Assembly: GCA_040289515.1 (NCBI GenBank)
Contig: PSLI01000020.1
Location: forward strand, 1-35,986
Direction of reading: 5' to 3'
DNA: 35,986 nt
Source: Candidatus Sysuimicrobiota bacterium
GTDB taxonomy: Bacteria > Sysuimicrobiota > Sysuimicrobiia > Sysuimicrobiales > Sysuimicrobiaceae
The notes under the pieces were generated by a model that made no database searches, had not been told where the DNA came from, and saw only the letters and a program-made list of their open reading frames with translations. The position numbers and the translations under genes were made by a program. Positions within the stretch are counted from its first letter, which is position 1; the number at the start of each line of letters is the position of its first letter. Positions 1 to 10,479 of the stretch are shown in pieces.

Positions 1-72
1 TGGCTGCGGTTTGCCATCCGGGAGGGGGGCCGGACGGTGGGGGCCGGGGTGGTGACCAAGATCCTCGAGTAG
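1..72 (+). CDS. tuf: Elongation factor Tu, C-terminal fragment (5'-truncated by window edge)
   Basis: Frame 1 reads ...[22 protein letters not shown], the canonical EF-Tu C-terminus, immediately upstream of rpsJ. Confidence 0.95.
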   Translation, partial: WLRFAIREGGRTVGAGVVTKILE

Positions 73-85
73 ACGGGAGGAGGCC

Positions 86-391
86 GTGGCGCAGCGGATC
101 CGCATCAAGCTGAAGGCGTACGACCACCGGCTGCTGGACCAGTCCGCGGCCACCTTGGTGGAGGCGGCCCGCCGGAGCGGTGCCCGCATCCGGGGTCCGG
201 TTCCGCTGCCCACGGACCGCAGCGTTTACTGTGTGATCCGGAGTCCGCACATCGACAAGGAGTCCATGGAGCACTTCCAGATCCTGACGCACAAGCGGCT
301 CATTGACATCCTGGAGCCCACGCAGAAAACCGTGGACTCCCTGATGAACCTGGAGCTACCGGCGGGTGTGGACATCGAGATCAAGCTGTAG
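86..391 (+). CDS. rpsJ: 30S ribosomal protein S10
   Basis: [56 protein letters not shown]. Confidence 0.99.
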   Translation: MAQRIRIKLKAYDHRLLDQSAATLVEAARRSGARIRGPVPLPTDRSVYCVIRSPHIDKESMEHFQILTHKRLIDILEPTQKTVDSLMNLELPAGVDIEIKL

Positions 392-417
392 CGGGACCCT
401 CCGAGGGAGGAAGTGCC

Positions 418-1038
418 ATGGTGGCGATCCTGGGACGGAAGGTGGGAATGACGCAGGTGTTCGACGCGGAGGGCAACCTGGTGCCGGTCACCCTGGTGGA
501 GGCGGAGCCCAACGTGGTGGTGGGCCTGCGCACGCCGGAGCGGGACGGCTACCGGGCGGTGCAGCTGGGGTTCGGGGAGATGCCGGAGCGCCGGGTGAAC
601 CGCCCCATGCGGGGCGTATTCCGGCGTGCGGGGGTGTCCCCCCGCCGGGTGATCCGGGAGGTGCGCCTGAGCGAAGGCGAAGAGTTCCACGTGGGGCAGG
701 AGATCTCCGTGGCGGCCTTCCGGGAGGGGGACCGTGTGGCAGTCACGGGGACCAGCAAGGGCAAGGGGTTCGCGGGCGCCATGAAGCGCCACGGTTTCGG
801 CGGACAGCCGGACTCCCACGGGGTCTCCCTCATGCACCGGGCCGTGGGGTCCCTGGGGACCTCCGGTGTGGGGCGCGTGTGGAAGGGTAAGCGGATGCCC
901 GGCCGTATGGGTGGCGAGCGGGTGACCATCCGCGGCCTGCGGGTGGTACGGGTGGATCCCGAACGCCACCTTCTGGTGATCCGCGGGGCCATCCCGGGCC
1001 CCCGGGGCGGGCTGGTGATGGTCCGAAAGATGGAGTAG
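418..1038 (+). CDS. rplC: 50S ribosomal protein L3
   Basis: [32 protein letters not shown]. Confidence 0.99.
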   Translation: MVAILGRKVGMTQVFDAEGNLVPVTLVEAEPNVVVGLRTPERDGYRAVQLGFGEMPERRVNRPMRGVFRRAGVSPRRVIREVRLSEGEEFHVGQEISVAAFREGDRVAVTGTSKGKGFAGAMKRHGFGGQPDSHGVSLMHRAVGSLGTSGVGRVWKGKRMPGRMGGERVTIRGLRVVRVDPERHLLVIRGAIPGPRGGLVMVRKME

Positions 1039-1054
1039 CGAGGAGGTATTGGGG

Positions 1055-1681
1055 ATGCCCAGGGTAGCCGCCTTCAGGGCCACGGGAGAGCCGGCGGGCG
1101 AGGTGGATCTTCCCGAGGAGGTGTTCGGGGTTCGCCCCCACGAGGCGGTGGTCCACCAAGCCCTGGTGGCCCAGCATGCCAACGCGCGGAAGGGGACGGC
1201 TTCCACGAAGACCCGGGGGGAGGTGGCCGGTAGCACCCGCAAGATCTGGCGGCAGAAGGGCACCGGTCGGGCACGCCACGGGGACATCCGGGCCCCCATC
1301 TTCGTGGGCGGCGGCGTGGTGTTCGGGCCGAAGCCACGAGATTACAGCCACCGGCTGCCGAAGGCGATGCGGTGCCTGGCGTTGCGTTCGGTGCTGTCGG
1401 ATGCGGCCCAGACCGGCCGCCTGGTGGTGGTGGAGGGGTTCGGAGTTCAGGAGGGGCGGACCCGGGAAGTGGTGGCGTTCCTGCGCAAGCTGGGGTTCGC
1501 GGACCAGCGGGTAGTGCTCCTGGCTCACGCAGACGGCCAGTTGGTGGGCCGCGCGGCGCGCAACCTGCCCCGGGTGGCGGTGCTCACACCCAACACCCTC
1601 AACGTGGCCGACCTCCTGTGGGCGGACCGCATTGTCCTGAGCCGGGAGGCCCTAAAAGCAGTGCAGGAGGTGCTGGCGTGA
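1055..1681 (+). CDS. rplD: 50S ribosomal protein L4
   Basis: [38 protein letters not shown] chosen by spacing from AGGAGG. Confidence 0.98.
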   Translation: MPRVAAFRATGEPAGEVDLPEEVFGVRPHEAVVHQALVAQHANARKGTASTKTRGEVAGSTRKIWRQKGTGRARHGDIRAPIFVGGGVVFGPKPRDYSHRLPKAMRCLALRSVLSDAAQTGRLVVVEGFGVQEGRTREVVAFLRKLGFADQRVVLLAHADGQLVGRAARNLPRVAVLTPNTLNVADLLWADRIVLSREALKAVQEVLA

Positions 1682-1965
1682 GGGACCACCGGGAGGTGCT
1701 GCGCCGGGCTGTGATCACGGAGAAGTCCATGCGGGGCGTGGAAGTGGGGAAGTACACCTTCGAGGTGGCCCGGGACGCTACCAAGCCGGAGATCCGCGCT
1801 GCGGTGGAGCGGGTCTTCGGAGTGCGGGTGACGAAGGTGAATACCCTGGTGATCCCCGGCAAGACCAAGCGGCGGGGCCGCTACACGTACCGCACCCCCG
1901 ACGGCAAGAAGGCCGTGGTCACCCTGGCCCCGGGCCAGAAGATTGACCTGGAGAAGTTGCTGTAG
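1678..1965 (+). CDS. rplW: 50S ribosomal protein L23
   Basis: VITEKS, YTFEV..DATKPEIRAAVE, KKAVVTL; GTG overlaps rplD stop (GTGA). Confidence 0.97.
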   Translation: MRDHREVLRRAVITEKSMRGVEVGKYTFEVARDATKPEIRAAVERVFGVRVTKVNTLVIPGKTKRRGRYTYRTPDGKKAVVTLAPGQKIDLEKLL

Positions 1966-1974
1966 GAGCGCCCG

Positions 1975-2802
1975 ATGGGGATCAAACGGTTCAAGCCCAC
2001 TACGCCGGGACGGCGGTTCGCCACCGGGTACACCTTCGACGAGATCACCCGGTCCGAGCCGGAGAAGTCCCTGGTGGTGTCCCTGCAGCGGCACGCGGGA
2101 CGGAACAACCAGGGGCGCATCACCACCCGGCACCGGGGAGGCGGCCACAAGCGCCGGTACCGGATCGTGGACTTCAAGCGGGACAAGGACGGGGTGCCCG
2201 CCCGGGTGGCGGCCATCGAGTACGATCCGAACCGCTCCGCCCGCATCGCCCTTCTGCACTACGCGGACGGGGAAAAGCGGTACATCCTGGCCCCTGTAGG
2301 CCTGCAGGTGGGCGACGTGGTGACCTCCGGCCCCGACGCGGACATCAAGCCGGGCAACGCCCTACCCCTTGAGAAGATCCCCGTGGGTACCCTGGTCCAC
2401 AACGTGGAGCTGCAGCCGGGGCACGGGGGCCAGCTGGTACGGGCAGCGGGCAGTGCGGCCCAGATTTTGGCCAAGGAGGGGGAGTACGCGCACCTGCGGC
2501 TGCCCTCCGGGGAAGTACGGCGGGTGCCCCTGCGATGCAAGGCCACCGTGGGGCAGGCGGGCAACGTGGAGCATGAGGCCATCAAGCTGGGCAAGGCCGG
2601 CCGCAAGCGGTGGCTGGGGATCCGGCCCACGGTTCGGGGCGTGGCCCAGGACCCCCGCAGCCACCCCCACGGCGGGGGCGAGGGGCGGTCGCCCATCGGC
2701 ATGCCCAGCCCCGTCTCCCCTTGGGGCAAGCCCACCCTGGGGAAGAAGACCCGCAAGCCCCGCAAGCCCTCGGACCAGTACATCGTGAAGCGACGGAAGT
2801 GA
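1975..2802 (+). CDS. rplB: 50S ribosomal protein L2
   Basis: [35 protein letters not shown]. Confidence 0.99.
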   Translation: MGIKRFKPTTPGRRFATGYTFDEITRSEPEKSLVVSLQRHAGRNNQGRITTRHRGGGHKRRYRIVDFKRDKDGVPARVAAIEYDPNRSARIALLHYADGEKRYILAPVGLQVGDVVTSGPDADIKPGNALPLEKIPVGTLVHNVELQPGHGGQLVRAAGSAAQILAKEGEYAHLRLPSGEVRRVPLRCKATVGQAGNVEHEAIKLGKAGRKRWLGIRPTVRGVAQDPRSHPHGGGEGRSPIGMPSPVSPWGKPTLGKKTRKPRKPSDQYIVKRRK

Positions 2803-2810
2803 GGCGGGCC

Positions 2811-3104
2811 ATGGGACGCTCGAAGAAGAAAGGCCCCTTCGTGGACGAGCCGCTGCTGCAGAAGATCCGGGAGATGAACCAGCGCCGGGAGAAGCGGGTG
2901 ATTCGCACCTGGTCCCGGCGGTCCACCATCCTCCCGGAGTTCGTAGGCCATACCATCGCCGTGTACGACGGGCGCAAGCACGTGCCCGTGTACATCACAG
3001 ACTCCATGGTGGGCCACAAGCTGGGGGAGTTCGTGCCTACCCGGACCTTCCGCGGCCACGGTGGCTCCTCCGAGCGAACCACCACCGTGAAGGGGAAGGA
3101 GTAG
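2811..3104 (+). CDS. rpsS: 30S ribosomal protein S19
   Basis: [32 protein letters not shown]. Confidence 0.98.
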   Translation: MGRSKKKGPFVDEPLLQKIREMNQRREKRVIRTWSRRSTILPEFVGHTIAVYDGRKHVPVYITDSMVGHKLGEFVPTRTFRGHGGSSERTTTVKGKE

Positions 3105-3116
3105 GAGGCGGTCCTT

Positions 3117-3461
3117 ATGGAGGCGCGTGCGGTGGCCCGGTACGTGCGGATGTCCCCGTGGAAGGTGCGGCGGGTGGCGGACGTGGTTCGGGGACAGCCC
3201 GTGGACGAGGCCCTGAGTTTGCTGCGGGCCATGCCGCAACGGGCGGCCCGGGTGGTGGAGAAGGTGGTGCGGTCCGCGGTGGCCAACGCGGAGCACAACC
3301 TGGAGCTGGACCGCTCCACCCTGGTGGTGGCCCGCATCGCGGTGGACCGGGGGCCCGGCGGGAGCCTGTGGAAGCGCCTGGTCCCCCGGGCCCGGGGACG
3401 GGCTGACATCATGACCCGCCGCAACTGCCACGTGACCGTGGTGGTGGCGGAACGCGAGTAA
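3117..3461 (+). CDS. rplV: 50S ribosomal protein L22
   Basis: ARYVRMSPWKVRRV, SAVANAEHN, PRARGRA. Confidence 0.98.
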   Translation: MEARAVARYVRMSPWKVRRVADVVRGQPVDEALSLLRAMPQRAARVVEKVVRSAVANAEHNLELDRSTLVVARIAVDRGPGGSLWKRLVPRARGRADIMTRRNCHVTVVVAERE

Positions 3462-3473
3462 CGGAGGTGCCGT

Positions 3474-4136
3474 GTGGGACAGAAGGTCCACCCCGTAGGG
3501 CTGCGCATCGGGATCATCCGGGACTGGGAGTCGCGGTGGTACAGCGACAAGCACTTCGCGGACTACCTCCACGAGGACCTGCGGATCCGCAAGTACATCA
3601 AGGAGAAGCTGTACCGGGCCGGGATCCCCCGGATCGAGATCGAGCGGCAGTCCAAGGTGGTGAAGATCACCGTGCACGCGGCACGGCCCGGGATCATCAT
3701 CGGCCGCGGGGGGGCGGGCATCGACGCCCTCCGCAGGGAGCTGGCGGAGCTCACCGGCAAGGAGGTCCAGCTCAACGTGCAGGAGATCCGGCGGCCAGAC
3801 CTGGAAGCACAGCTGGTGGCGGAGAACGTGGCCCAGCAGCTGGAGCGCCGGGTGGCTCACCGCCGGGCCATGAAGCAGGCGGTCCAGCGCACCCTGCGGG
3901 CGGGGGCCAAGGGGGTCCGCATCTCCTGCTCGGGCCGGCTCGCGGGGGCGGAGATCGCCCGGTACGAGTGGTACCGGGAGGGGCGCGTCCCGCTGCACAC
4001 CCTGCGGGCAGACATCGACTTCGGGGTGGCGGAGGCCTTGATTCCATACGGCCGCATCGGGGTGAAGGTGTGGGTCTACCGGGGCGACGTGTTCCCAGAA
4101 AAGCGGGAGGTACGCCCCGTGGTGCGGGCCCGGTGA
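3474..4136 (+). CDS. rpsC: 30S ribosomal protein S3
   Basis: [47 protein letters not shown]. Confidence 0.99.
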   Translation: MGQKVHPVGLRIGIIRDWESRWYSDKHFADYLHEDLRIRKYIKEKLYRAGIPRIEIERQSKVVKITVHAARPGIIIGRGGAGIDALRRELAELTGKEVQLNVQEIRRPDLEAQLVAENVAQQLERRVAHRRAMKQAVQRTLRAGAKGVRISCSGRLAGAEIARYEWYREGRVPLHTLRADIDFGVAEALIPYGRIGVKVWVYRGDVFPEKREVRPVVRAR

Positions 4137-4149
4137 GGAGGCAGACGCC

Positions 4150-4578
4150 ATGCTGATGCCCAAGCGGGTGAAGTACCGCAAGCAGCAGCGGGGCCGGATG
4201 AAGGGAATAAGTTTCGCGGGGTCCACCCTGGCCTTCGGGGAGTACGGCCTGCGGGCCCTGACCCCCGCGTGGGTCACGGCGGCGCAGATCGAGGCCGCAC
4301 GCCGCACCATCACCCGCTACATCAAGCGGGGCGGCAAGCTGTGGATCCGCATTTTCCCCGACAAGCCCGTGACGAAGAAACCCGCGGAGACCCGGATGGG
4401 CGGCGGTAAGGGGAACCCCGAGTACTGGGTGGCGGTGGTGCGGCCGGGCCGGGTGCTGTTCGAGCTGGCGGGCGTCAGCGAGGCGGTGGCTCGGGAGGCT
4501 ATGACCCTGGCCAGCCACAAGCTCCCGGTCCGCACGGAGTTCGTGAAGCGGGAAGCCCTCCCGGGCTCCGTGGGCTAG
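4150..4578 (+). CDS. rplP: 50S ribosomal protein L16
   Basis: [41 protein letters not shown]. Confidence 0.99.
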   Translation: MLMPKRVKYRKQQRGRMKGISFAGSTLAFGEYGLRALTPAWVTAAQIEAARRTITRYIKRGGKLWIRIFPDKPVTKKPAETRMGGGKGNPEYWVAVVRPGRVLFELAGVSEAVAREAMTLASHKLPVRTEFVKREALPGSVG

Positions 4579-4588
4579 GAGGACGGCC

Positions 4589-4786
4589 GTGACGAAAGCG
4601 CGGGCCCTGCGGGAGATGAGGGACGACGAGCTGCGCCGACGGCTGGAGGAGCTCCAGCAGGAGGCCTTCCAGCTGCGGATGCAGATCGCCGCGGGGAAGG
4701 CGCAGAACCCCTCGCGGCTACGGGAGGTGCGCCGGGCCATCGCCCGGGTGAAGACGATCCTGGGCGAGCGGGGGATCCGGTTGTGA
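4589..4786 (+). CDS. rpmC: 50S ribosomal protein L29
   Basis: LREM...[27 protein letters not shown]; operon position. Confidence 0.97.
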   Translation: MTKARALREMRDDELRRRLEELQQEAFQLRMQIAAGKAQNPSRLREVRRAIARVKTILGERGIRL

Positions 4787-4797
4787 GGGAGGCGTCC

Positions 4798-5079
4798 ATG
4801 GCGGACCGGGCACCGAAGCGCAAGGAGCTGGTGGGGGTCGTGCTCAGCGACCGCATGGACAAGACGGTGGTGGTGCGGGTCGAGTCCGTGTTCCGGCACC
4901 CCCTGTACAAGAAACCCGTGCGGCGACACAAGAAGTACAAGGCCCACGACGAGCACAACCAGTGCCGGGTGGGGGATCGGGTGCGGATCATGGAGACGCG
5001 TCCGTTGTCCAAGGAGAAGCGGTGGCGGGTGGTGGAGATCCTGGAGCGGGGCGGCGCAGAGGTCCCCGGGGAGGGCTGA
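4798..5079 (+). CDS. rpsQ: 30S ribosomal protein S17
   Basis: [37 protein letters not shown]. Confidence 0.98.
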   Translation: MADRAPKRKELVGVVLSDRMDKTVVVRVESVFRHPLYKKPVRRHKKYKAHDEHNQCRVGDRVRIMETRPLSKEKRWRVVEILERGGAEVPGEG

Positions 5080-5083
5080 GGCC

Positions 5084-5452
5084 ATGCTGCAGCAGGAGTC
5101 GCGCCTGAAGGTGGCGGACAACACGGGCGCCCGGGAGATCCTAGTGATCCGGGTGCTGGGGGGCAGCAAGCGCCGCTACGCCCGCGTGGGGGACGTGGTG
5201 GTGGCCACGGTCAAGCAGGCCATCCCCAACAGCCCCGTGAAGAAGGGCGAGGTGGTCAAGGCGGTGGTGGTGCGTACCCGGAAGGAGATTCGGCGCCCCG
5301 ACGGCTCGTACATCCGCTTCGACGACAACGCGGCGGTGCTCATCAACGAGCAGATGAACCCCCGGGGGACGCGCATCTTCGGGCCGGTGGCTCGGGAGCT
5401 GCGGGAGCGACAGTACATGAAGATCGTCTCCTTGGCCCCCGAGGTCCTGTGA
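5084..5452 (+). CDS. rplN: 50S ribosomal protein L14
   Basis: [40 protein letters not shown]. Confidence 0.99.
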   Translation: MLQQESRLKVADNTGAREILVIRVLGGSKRRYARVGDVVVATVKQAIPNSPVKKGEVVKAVVVRTRKEIRRPDGSYIRFDDNAAVLINEQMNPRGTRIFGPVARELRERQYMKIVSLAPEVL

Positions 5453-5465
5453 GGAGGTGAGGGCG

Positions 5466-5810
5466 GTGCCGGTGGTGGGCGCGCAGCGGGTGCACATGCA
5501 CGTGAAGAAGGGGGACCTGGTCGTGGTCATCTCCGGGAAGTACCGGGGCAAGCGGGGCAAGGTGCTGCGGGTCCTGCCCAAGACGGGCCGGGTGGTGGTG
5601 GAGGGTGTGAACGTGGTGAAGCGCCACACCAAACCCTCGCCCAAGAACCCCCAGGGCGGCATCGTCCAGCGGGAGGCTCCCATCCCGGCGTGCAAGGTGA
5701 TGCTGGTGGACCCCGACACCAAGCACCGGACCCGGGTGGGCATCCGGGTCCTGCCCGACGGACGCAGGGTGCGCTACGCCAAGCGATCCGGGGAGCTGGT
5801 GGACAAATGA
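5466..5810 (+). CDS. rplX: 50S ribosomal protein L24 (start uncertain: 5457, 5466 or later)
   Basis: KOW motif [33 protein letters not shown]. Confidence 0.96.
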   Translation: MPVVGAQRVHMHVKKGDLVVVISGKYRGKRGKVLRVLPKTGRVVVEGVNVVKRHTKPSPKNPQGGIVQREAPIPACKVMLVDPDTKHRTRVGIRVLPDGRRVRYAKRSGELVDK

Positions 5811-5824
5811 AAGGAGGGCCTCAG

Positions 5825-6382
5825 GTGGCGCGGCTGAAAGAGAAGTATTTGCGGGAAGTGGTGCCGGCCCTGCGGGAGCGGTTCGGCTACCGGAACCCCA
5901 TGGAGGTCCCCAAGCTGGTGAAGGTGGTGGTGAACATGCGGGTAGGCGCCGGTGCCCAGGACCCGCGGCAGGTGGACCGGGCGGTGGAGGACCTGCAGGC
6001 CATCACGGGCCAGCGGCCCGTGGTGGCGCGGGCTCGCAAGTCCATCGCCGCCTTCAAGCTGCGCAAGGGGGCGCCCATCGGGGTGTACGTAACCCTGCGG
6101 GGCACCCGCATGTACGAGTTTTTGGACAAGCTGATCCACGTGGCCCTGCCCCGGATCAAGGACTTCCGGGGGATCTCAGAGCGCCAGCTGGACGGCCGCG
6201 GCAACCTCAACATCGGGCTGCGGGAGCAGCTGGTGTTCCCGGAAATCCAGTACGACAAGGTGGACAAGATCCGGGGCATGGACATCGCCATCGTCACCAC
6301 GGCCCGGACGGACGAGGAGGCGCGGGAGCTGCTGCGACGGATGGGGATTCCCTTCCGGGAGCGCGAGTCGTCCGCCGCCTAA
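5825..6382 (+). CDS. rplE: 50S ribosomal protein L5
   Basis: [42 protein letters not shown]. Confidence 0.98.
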   Translation: MARLKEKYLREVVPALRERFGYRNPMEVPKLVKVVVNMRVGAGAQDPRQVDRAVEDLQAITGQRPVVARARKSIAAFKLRKGAPIGVYVTLRGTRMYEFLDKLIHVALPRIKDFRGISERQLDGRGNLNIGLREQLVFPEIQYDKVDKIRGMDIAIVTTARTDEEARELLRRMGIPFRERESSAA

Positions 6383-6398
6383 GCGGGAGGGAGGGATC

Positions 6399-6584
6399 AT
6401 GGCCAGGAAGGCCCTGCGGGAGAAGTGGAAGCGGCCACCCAAGTTTCGGGTGCGGGCGTACACCCGCTGCGAGCGGTGCGGGCGGCCTCGTGCGGTGTTC
6501 CGTCGGTTCCGCCTGTGCCGCATCTGCCTGCGGGAGCTGGCGTACCGGGGGGAGATCCCCGGCATGACGAAGGCCAGCTGGTAA
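6399..6584 (+). CDS. rpsZ: 30S ribosomal protein S14 type Z (Zn-binding)
   Basis: 61 aa with RCERCGRPR and LCRICLR (two CxxC), GEIPG.TKASW. Confidence 0.97.
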   Translation: MARKALREKWKRPPKFRVRAYTRCERCGRPRAVFRRFRLCRICLRELAYRGEIPGMTKASW

Positions 6585-6595
6585 GGGGGAAGGCC

Positions 6596-6997
6596 ATGGG
6601 AATTGTCACCGACCCCATCGCGGACATGCTCACGCGCATCCGCAACGCGAACGCCGCGGGCCATGAGGAGGTGCGCGTGCCCGCGTCCAAGCTGAAGGCG
6701 GAGATCGCCCGCATCCTGAAGGAGGAGGGTTTCATCCAGGACTGGACCTGGGTGAACGAGGGTCCCCAGGGTACCCTCCGCCTCCTCCTCAAGTACGGTC
6801 CCAAGCGGGAGCGGGTGCTGCGGGGAATCCAACGGGTCAGCAAGCCGGGCCTGCGGGTGTACGTGCGACGGTCACAGATCCCCCGGGTGCGGGGCGGGCT
6901 GGGTGTGGCCATCCTGTCCACCCCCCGGGGCGTCCTCACGGACCGCGAGGCGCGGCGCCTGGGGGTGGGAGGAGAGGTGCTGTGCTACGTGTGGTGA
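6596..6997 (+). CDS. rpsH: 30S ribosomal protein S8
   Basis: [42 protein letters not shown]. Confidence 0.99.
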   Translation: MGIVTDPIADMLTRIRNANAAGHEEVRVPASKLKAEIARILKEEGFIQDWTWVNEGPQGTLRLLLKYGPKRERVLRGIQRVSKPGLRVYVRRSQIPRVRGGLGVAILSTPRGVLTDREARRLGVGGEVLCYVW

Positions 6998-7025
6998 AGC
7001 TGCGGAGTGCGGAGGGAACTAGACC

Positions 7026-7577
7026 ATGAGCCGGATCGGTCGCATGCCGGTAGCGGTGCCGCCGGGTGTGGACGTGCGGGTGGAGGGGTCCCGGGTGTGG
7101 GTGAAGGGGCCCAAGGGGGAGCTGGAGCGCACCTTCCACCCGGACATGCGCGTCGAGCTGGAGGACGGGAAGCTGGTGGTACGCCGGCTCAGCGACCTTC
7201 GCAGCCACCGGGCCCTACACGGGCTCACGCGGGCCCTGCTGAACAACATGGTGCGGGGCGTGACGGAGGGGTACGCGGTGGAGCTGGAGCTCCACGGCAC
7301 TGGGTACCGGGCAGCGAAGCAGGGCGACAAGCTGGTCCTGCAGGTGGGCTATACGCACCCGGTGGAGTTGGAGCCTCCCCCCGGCGTCACCTTCGAGGTC
7401 CCGCAGCCCACCCGGGTGGTGGTGCGGGGCGTGGACAAGGAGCTGGTGGGGCAGGTAGCGGCCAAGGTGCGGGCGGTGCGTCCGCCGGACCCGTACAAGG
7501 GCAAGGGGATCCGGTACGTTCGCGAGGTGCTGCACCTGCGGCCCGGGAAGGCTGGCCGGGCGGCGGGCAAGAAGTAG
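7026..7577 (+). CDS. rplF: 50S ribosomal protein L6
   Basis: MSRIGRMPV, VKGPKGEL, RPPDPYKGKGIRY. Confidence 0.99.
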   Translation: MSRIGRMPVAVPPGVDVRVEGSRVWVKGPKGELERTFHPDMRVELEDGKLVVRRLSDLRSHRALHGLTRALLNNMVRGVTEGYAVELELHGTGYRAAKQGDKLVLQVGYTHPVELEPPPGVTFEVPQPTRVVVRGVDKELVGQVAAKVRAVRPPDPYKGKGIRYVREVLHLRPGKAGRAAGKK

Positions 7578-7592
7578 GCCCGGGAGGACGAC

Positions 7593-7961
7593 ATGCTGTT
7601 GCGGGAGAGCCGACAGGAGCGACGCAAGATCCGCCACCGTCGGATCCGCCGCCGCATCGTGGGTACCGCGGAGCGGCCGCGGCTGAGCGTGTTCCGGAGC
7701 CTGAAGCACATCTACGCCCAGATTATCGACGACACCCGGGGCCACACCTTGGTGGCGGCCAGTACCCGCGAGCCGGAGATCGCCGCCCGGGTACAAGGCC
7801 TGAAGCGGGTGGAGCAGGGGCGGGTGGTGGGGCAGGCGCTGGCGCAGCGAGCCCGGGAGAAGGGCATCGTACGCGTGGTGTTCGACCGGGGCGGGTACGC
7901 CTACCACGGACGGGTGAAGGCCCTGGCCGAGGGTGCCCGGGAGGGCGGGCTGGAGTTCTGA
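7593..7961 (+). CDS. rplR: 50S ribosomal protein L18
   Basis: [38 protein letters not shown]. Confidence 0.99.
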   Translation: MLLRESRQERRKIRHRRIRRRIVGTAERPRLSVFRSLKHIYAQIIDDTRGHTLVAASTREPEIAARVQGLKRVEQGRVVGQALAQRAREKGIVRVVFDRGGYAYHGRVKALAEGAREGGLEF

Positions 7962-7973
7962 GAGGAGAGGCAG

Positions 7974-8495
7974 ATGGCCGAGCGCGTGAACCCCACGGAA
8001 GTCAACCTGACCTTCGAGAAGACGGTGTCCATCAACCGGGTGGCGAAGGTTACCAAGGGTGCCAAGCGGTTCAACTTCCGGGTGCTGGTGGTGGTGGGTG
8101 ACGAGCAGGGGACCGTGGGCGTGGGCGTGGGCAAGGCTGCGGAGGTACCCGACGCCATCCGGAAAGCCGTGGAGGACGCCAAGAAGAACCTGTGGCGGAT
8201 CCCGCGCCGAGGGACCACCATCCCCCACGAGGTCATCGGGCACTACGGCGCCGCTTGTGTGTTGCTCAAGCCTGCCAGCCGGGGCACAGGGGTGATCGCG
8301 GGGGGGGCCGTGCGGGCCGTGGTGGAAGCCGCGGGCATCCAGGACGTGCTCACCAAGTCGTTGGGCAGCAGCAACCCCATCAACATGACCCGGGCCACCC
8401 TGCAGGGTCTGTTGGAACTGCAGACGCCCGAGGAGGTGGCCCGCCTGCGGGGGAAGCCGGTGGAAACACTAGCAGGGCAGAGTGCTGCGGGATGA
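7974..8495 (+). CDS. rpsE: 30S ribosomal protein S5
   Basis: [42 protein letters not shown]. Confidence 0.99.
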   Translation: MAERVNPTEVNLTFEKTVSINRVAKVTKGAKRFNFRVLVVVGDEQGTVGVGVGKAAEVPDAIRKAVEDAKKNLWRIPRRGTTIPHEVIGHYGAACVLLKPASRGTGVIAGGAVRAVVEAAGIQDVLTKSLGSSNPINMTRATLQGLLELQTPEEVARLRGKPVETLAGQSAAG

Positions 8496-8511
8496 CCTTC
8501 CGGGAGGCCGT

Positions 8512-8745
8512 ATGGTGAGGATCACCCTGCGCCGCTCCTTGATCGGAACGAAGCCCGTGCACCGGGCGTGCGTGGCCACCCTGGGCCTGCGCAAGGTGGG
8601 CCAGTCGGTGGTGCGCCCGTGGGGGCCCGAGCTGGAGGGGTTGCTGCGCCGCATCCGCCACCTCGTGGAGGTGGAGCCGGTGGCCGGGGCGGAGGAGCCG
8701 CGGGCCCAGGAGGGGAGGAGTGAAGATGCCACTGCGGATCGGTGA
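8512..8745 (+). CDS. rpmD: 50S ribosomal protein L30 with C-terminal extension
   Basis: RITLRRSLIG, TLGLRKVGQSV, IRHLVEVE; between rpsE and rplO. Confidence 0.93.
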   Translation: MVRITLRRSLIGTKPVHRACVATLGLRKVGQSVVRPWGPELEGLLRRIRHLVEVEPVAGAEEPRAQEGRSEDATADR

Positions 8746-9199
8746 GTTGAGACCCCCTGCGGGAGCGCGGCGCAGGCGGAAGCGGGTGGGCCGCGGGCTG
8801 GGTTCCGGCAAGGGGACGTACGCGGCACGCGGCATCAAGGGGCAGAAGGCCCGCAGCGGGAAGGGGCCACGGCCCGGCTTCGAGGGTGGGCAGACGCCGC
8901 TTGCGAAGCGGTTGCCCTTCCAGCGGGGTGTGCGGGCCTACGGGAGCTCCCACACGGGCGGACTTCCGCGTCCAGGGTTCGTGGAGGTGAAGGTGGCTAG
9001 CCTGGCCCGGTTTGAGCCCGGGACGGAGGTGACCCCGCAGATTTTGCGGCAGGCGGGAGTGGTGAGCCGGAAGGGCCGGATCAAGGTGCTGGGCCCCGGC
9101 CGGCTCCCCCACGCCCTGACGGTCAAGGCGCACGCCTTCAGCGCCTCAGCCCGCGCCGCCATCGAGGCCGCGGGCGGCCGGGCGGAGGTGATCCCGTGA
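8726..9199 (+). CDS. rplO: 50S ribosomal protein L15
   Basis: RVGRGLGSGKG, KGQKARSG, FEGGQTPL..RLP, IKVLG.G, FSASA..AIEAAGG. Confidence 0.98.
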   Translation: MPLRIGELRPPAGARRRRKRVGRGLGSGKGTYAARGIKGQKARSGKGPRPGFEGGQTPLAKRLPFQRGVRAYGSSHTGGLPRPGFVEVKVASLARFEPGTEVTPQILRQAGVVSRKGRIKVLGPGRLPHALTVKAHAFSASARAAIEAAGGRAEVIP

Positions 9200-10479
9200 T
9201 CGGCGGGATCGCAAACCCCCTGCGCATCCCCGAGCTGCGGCAGCGACTCCTGTTCACAGCGGCCATGCTGGCCCTGTTCCGGTTGGGCGCGCACCTGCCC
9301 GTGCCGGGGGTGAACGTGGAGGCGGTACGCACCCAGTTCGAGCGGGCGGCCGCGGGCACCTCCTTCGGGTTCCTCAACTTGCTGGTGGGAGGCGCCCTGG
9401 AGAACTTCTCCATTTTCGCCCTGGGTGTCATCCCCTACATCACCGCCTCCATCATCATGAGCCTCCTGCAGGTGGCCTTCCCAAACTTAAAGAAGATGGC
9501 GCAGGAGGAGGGCGAGGCGGGCCGCAAGCGGATCGGCTGGTACACGCTTTACCTCACCATCCCCCTGGCCGCCCTGCAGGGCTGGGGCCAGACGGGGCTG
9601 ATTCAGGCCTTCTCCCAGGGACGGGCCATCACCGACTTCAGCCCCCTCAACTGGGCCCTGATCCTCTCCACCCTGGTCGCGGGTTCCATGATGCTCACGT
9701 GGATGGGGGAGGTGATGACCGAGCGCGGGGTGGGCAACGGGGTGTCCTTACTCATCTTCGCGGGTATCGTCGCCCGCATCCCGCGCCAGCTGGCGGCCAC
9801 CGTGGCCCAGGTGCGGGTGGGCTCCAACTCCCCGGCCTGGCTGGTGGCGGACGTGGCCCTGGTGCTGGCCAGCATCGTGGCCGTCATTTTGGTGACGCAG
9901 GCCACCCGCCGGATCCCCGTACAGTATGCCAAGAGGGTGGTGGGCCGCCGGGTGCTGGGCGGGCAGACCACCCACATTCCCCTGCGGATCGTTCAGGCCG
10001 GCGTGATCCCCATCATCTTCGCCATTTCGGTGCTGCAGTTCCCCGCTACCGTGGCCTCCTTCGTACGGTGGGAGCCCCTGGTGGAATGGGGCAACCGGCT
10101 CCAGCCGGGCCAGCACCTGCTGGGCACGGTGCTGTATGCGATCCTCATCGTGGTGTTCACGTACTTCTACACCGCGGTGCAGTTCGACCCGCAGGAGATC
10201 AGCGACAACATCAAGAAGTACGGCGGCTTCATCCCCGGGATCCGCCCCGGCCGCCCCACGGGGGAGTTCCTCATGAAGGTCACGGAGCGCCTCACCCTCG
10301 TGGGGGCCCTGTTCTTGGCCACCATCGCCGTGTTCCCTCTGCTGTTCCGCCAGACAGCGGGGCTCACCCTGTACCTGGCGGGCACCTCCCTGCTGATCGT
10401 GGTGGGGGTGGCCCTGGAGACCACGAAGCAGGTCGAGGCGTACGTCCTCATGCGGCACTACGAGGGGTTCATGCGGTGA
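9196..10479 (+). CDS. secY: Preprotein translocase subunit SecY
   Basis: FSIFALGVIPYITASII, GVGNGVSLLIFAGI, GVIPIIFA, GGFIPGIRPG, GTSLLIVVGV. Confidence 0.99.
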   Translation: MIGGIANPLRIPELRQRLLFTAAMLALFRLGAHLPVPGVNVEAVRTQFERAAAGTSFGFLNLLVGGALENFSIFALGVIPYITASIIMSLLQVAFPNLKKMAQEEGEAGRKRIGWYTLYLTIPLAALQGWGQTGLIQAFSQGRAITDFSPLNWALILSTLVAGSMMLTWMGEVMTERGVGNGVSLLIFAGIVARIPRQLAATVAQVRVGSNSPAWLVADVALVLASIVAVILVTQATRRIPVQYAKRVVGRRVLGGQTTHIPLRIVQAGVIPIIFAISVLQFPATVASFVRWEPLVEWGNRLQPGQHLLGTVLYAILIVVFTYFYTAVQFDPQEISDNIKKYGGFIPGIRPGRPTGEFLMKVTERLTLVGALFLATIAVFPLLFRQTAGLTLYLAGTSLLIVVGVALETTKQVEAYVLMRHYEGFMR

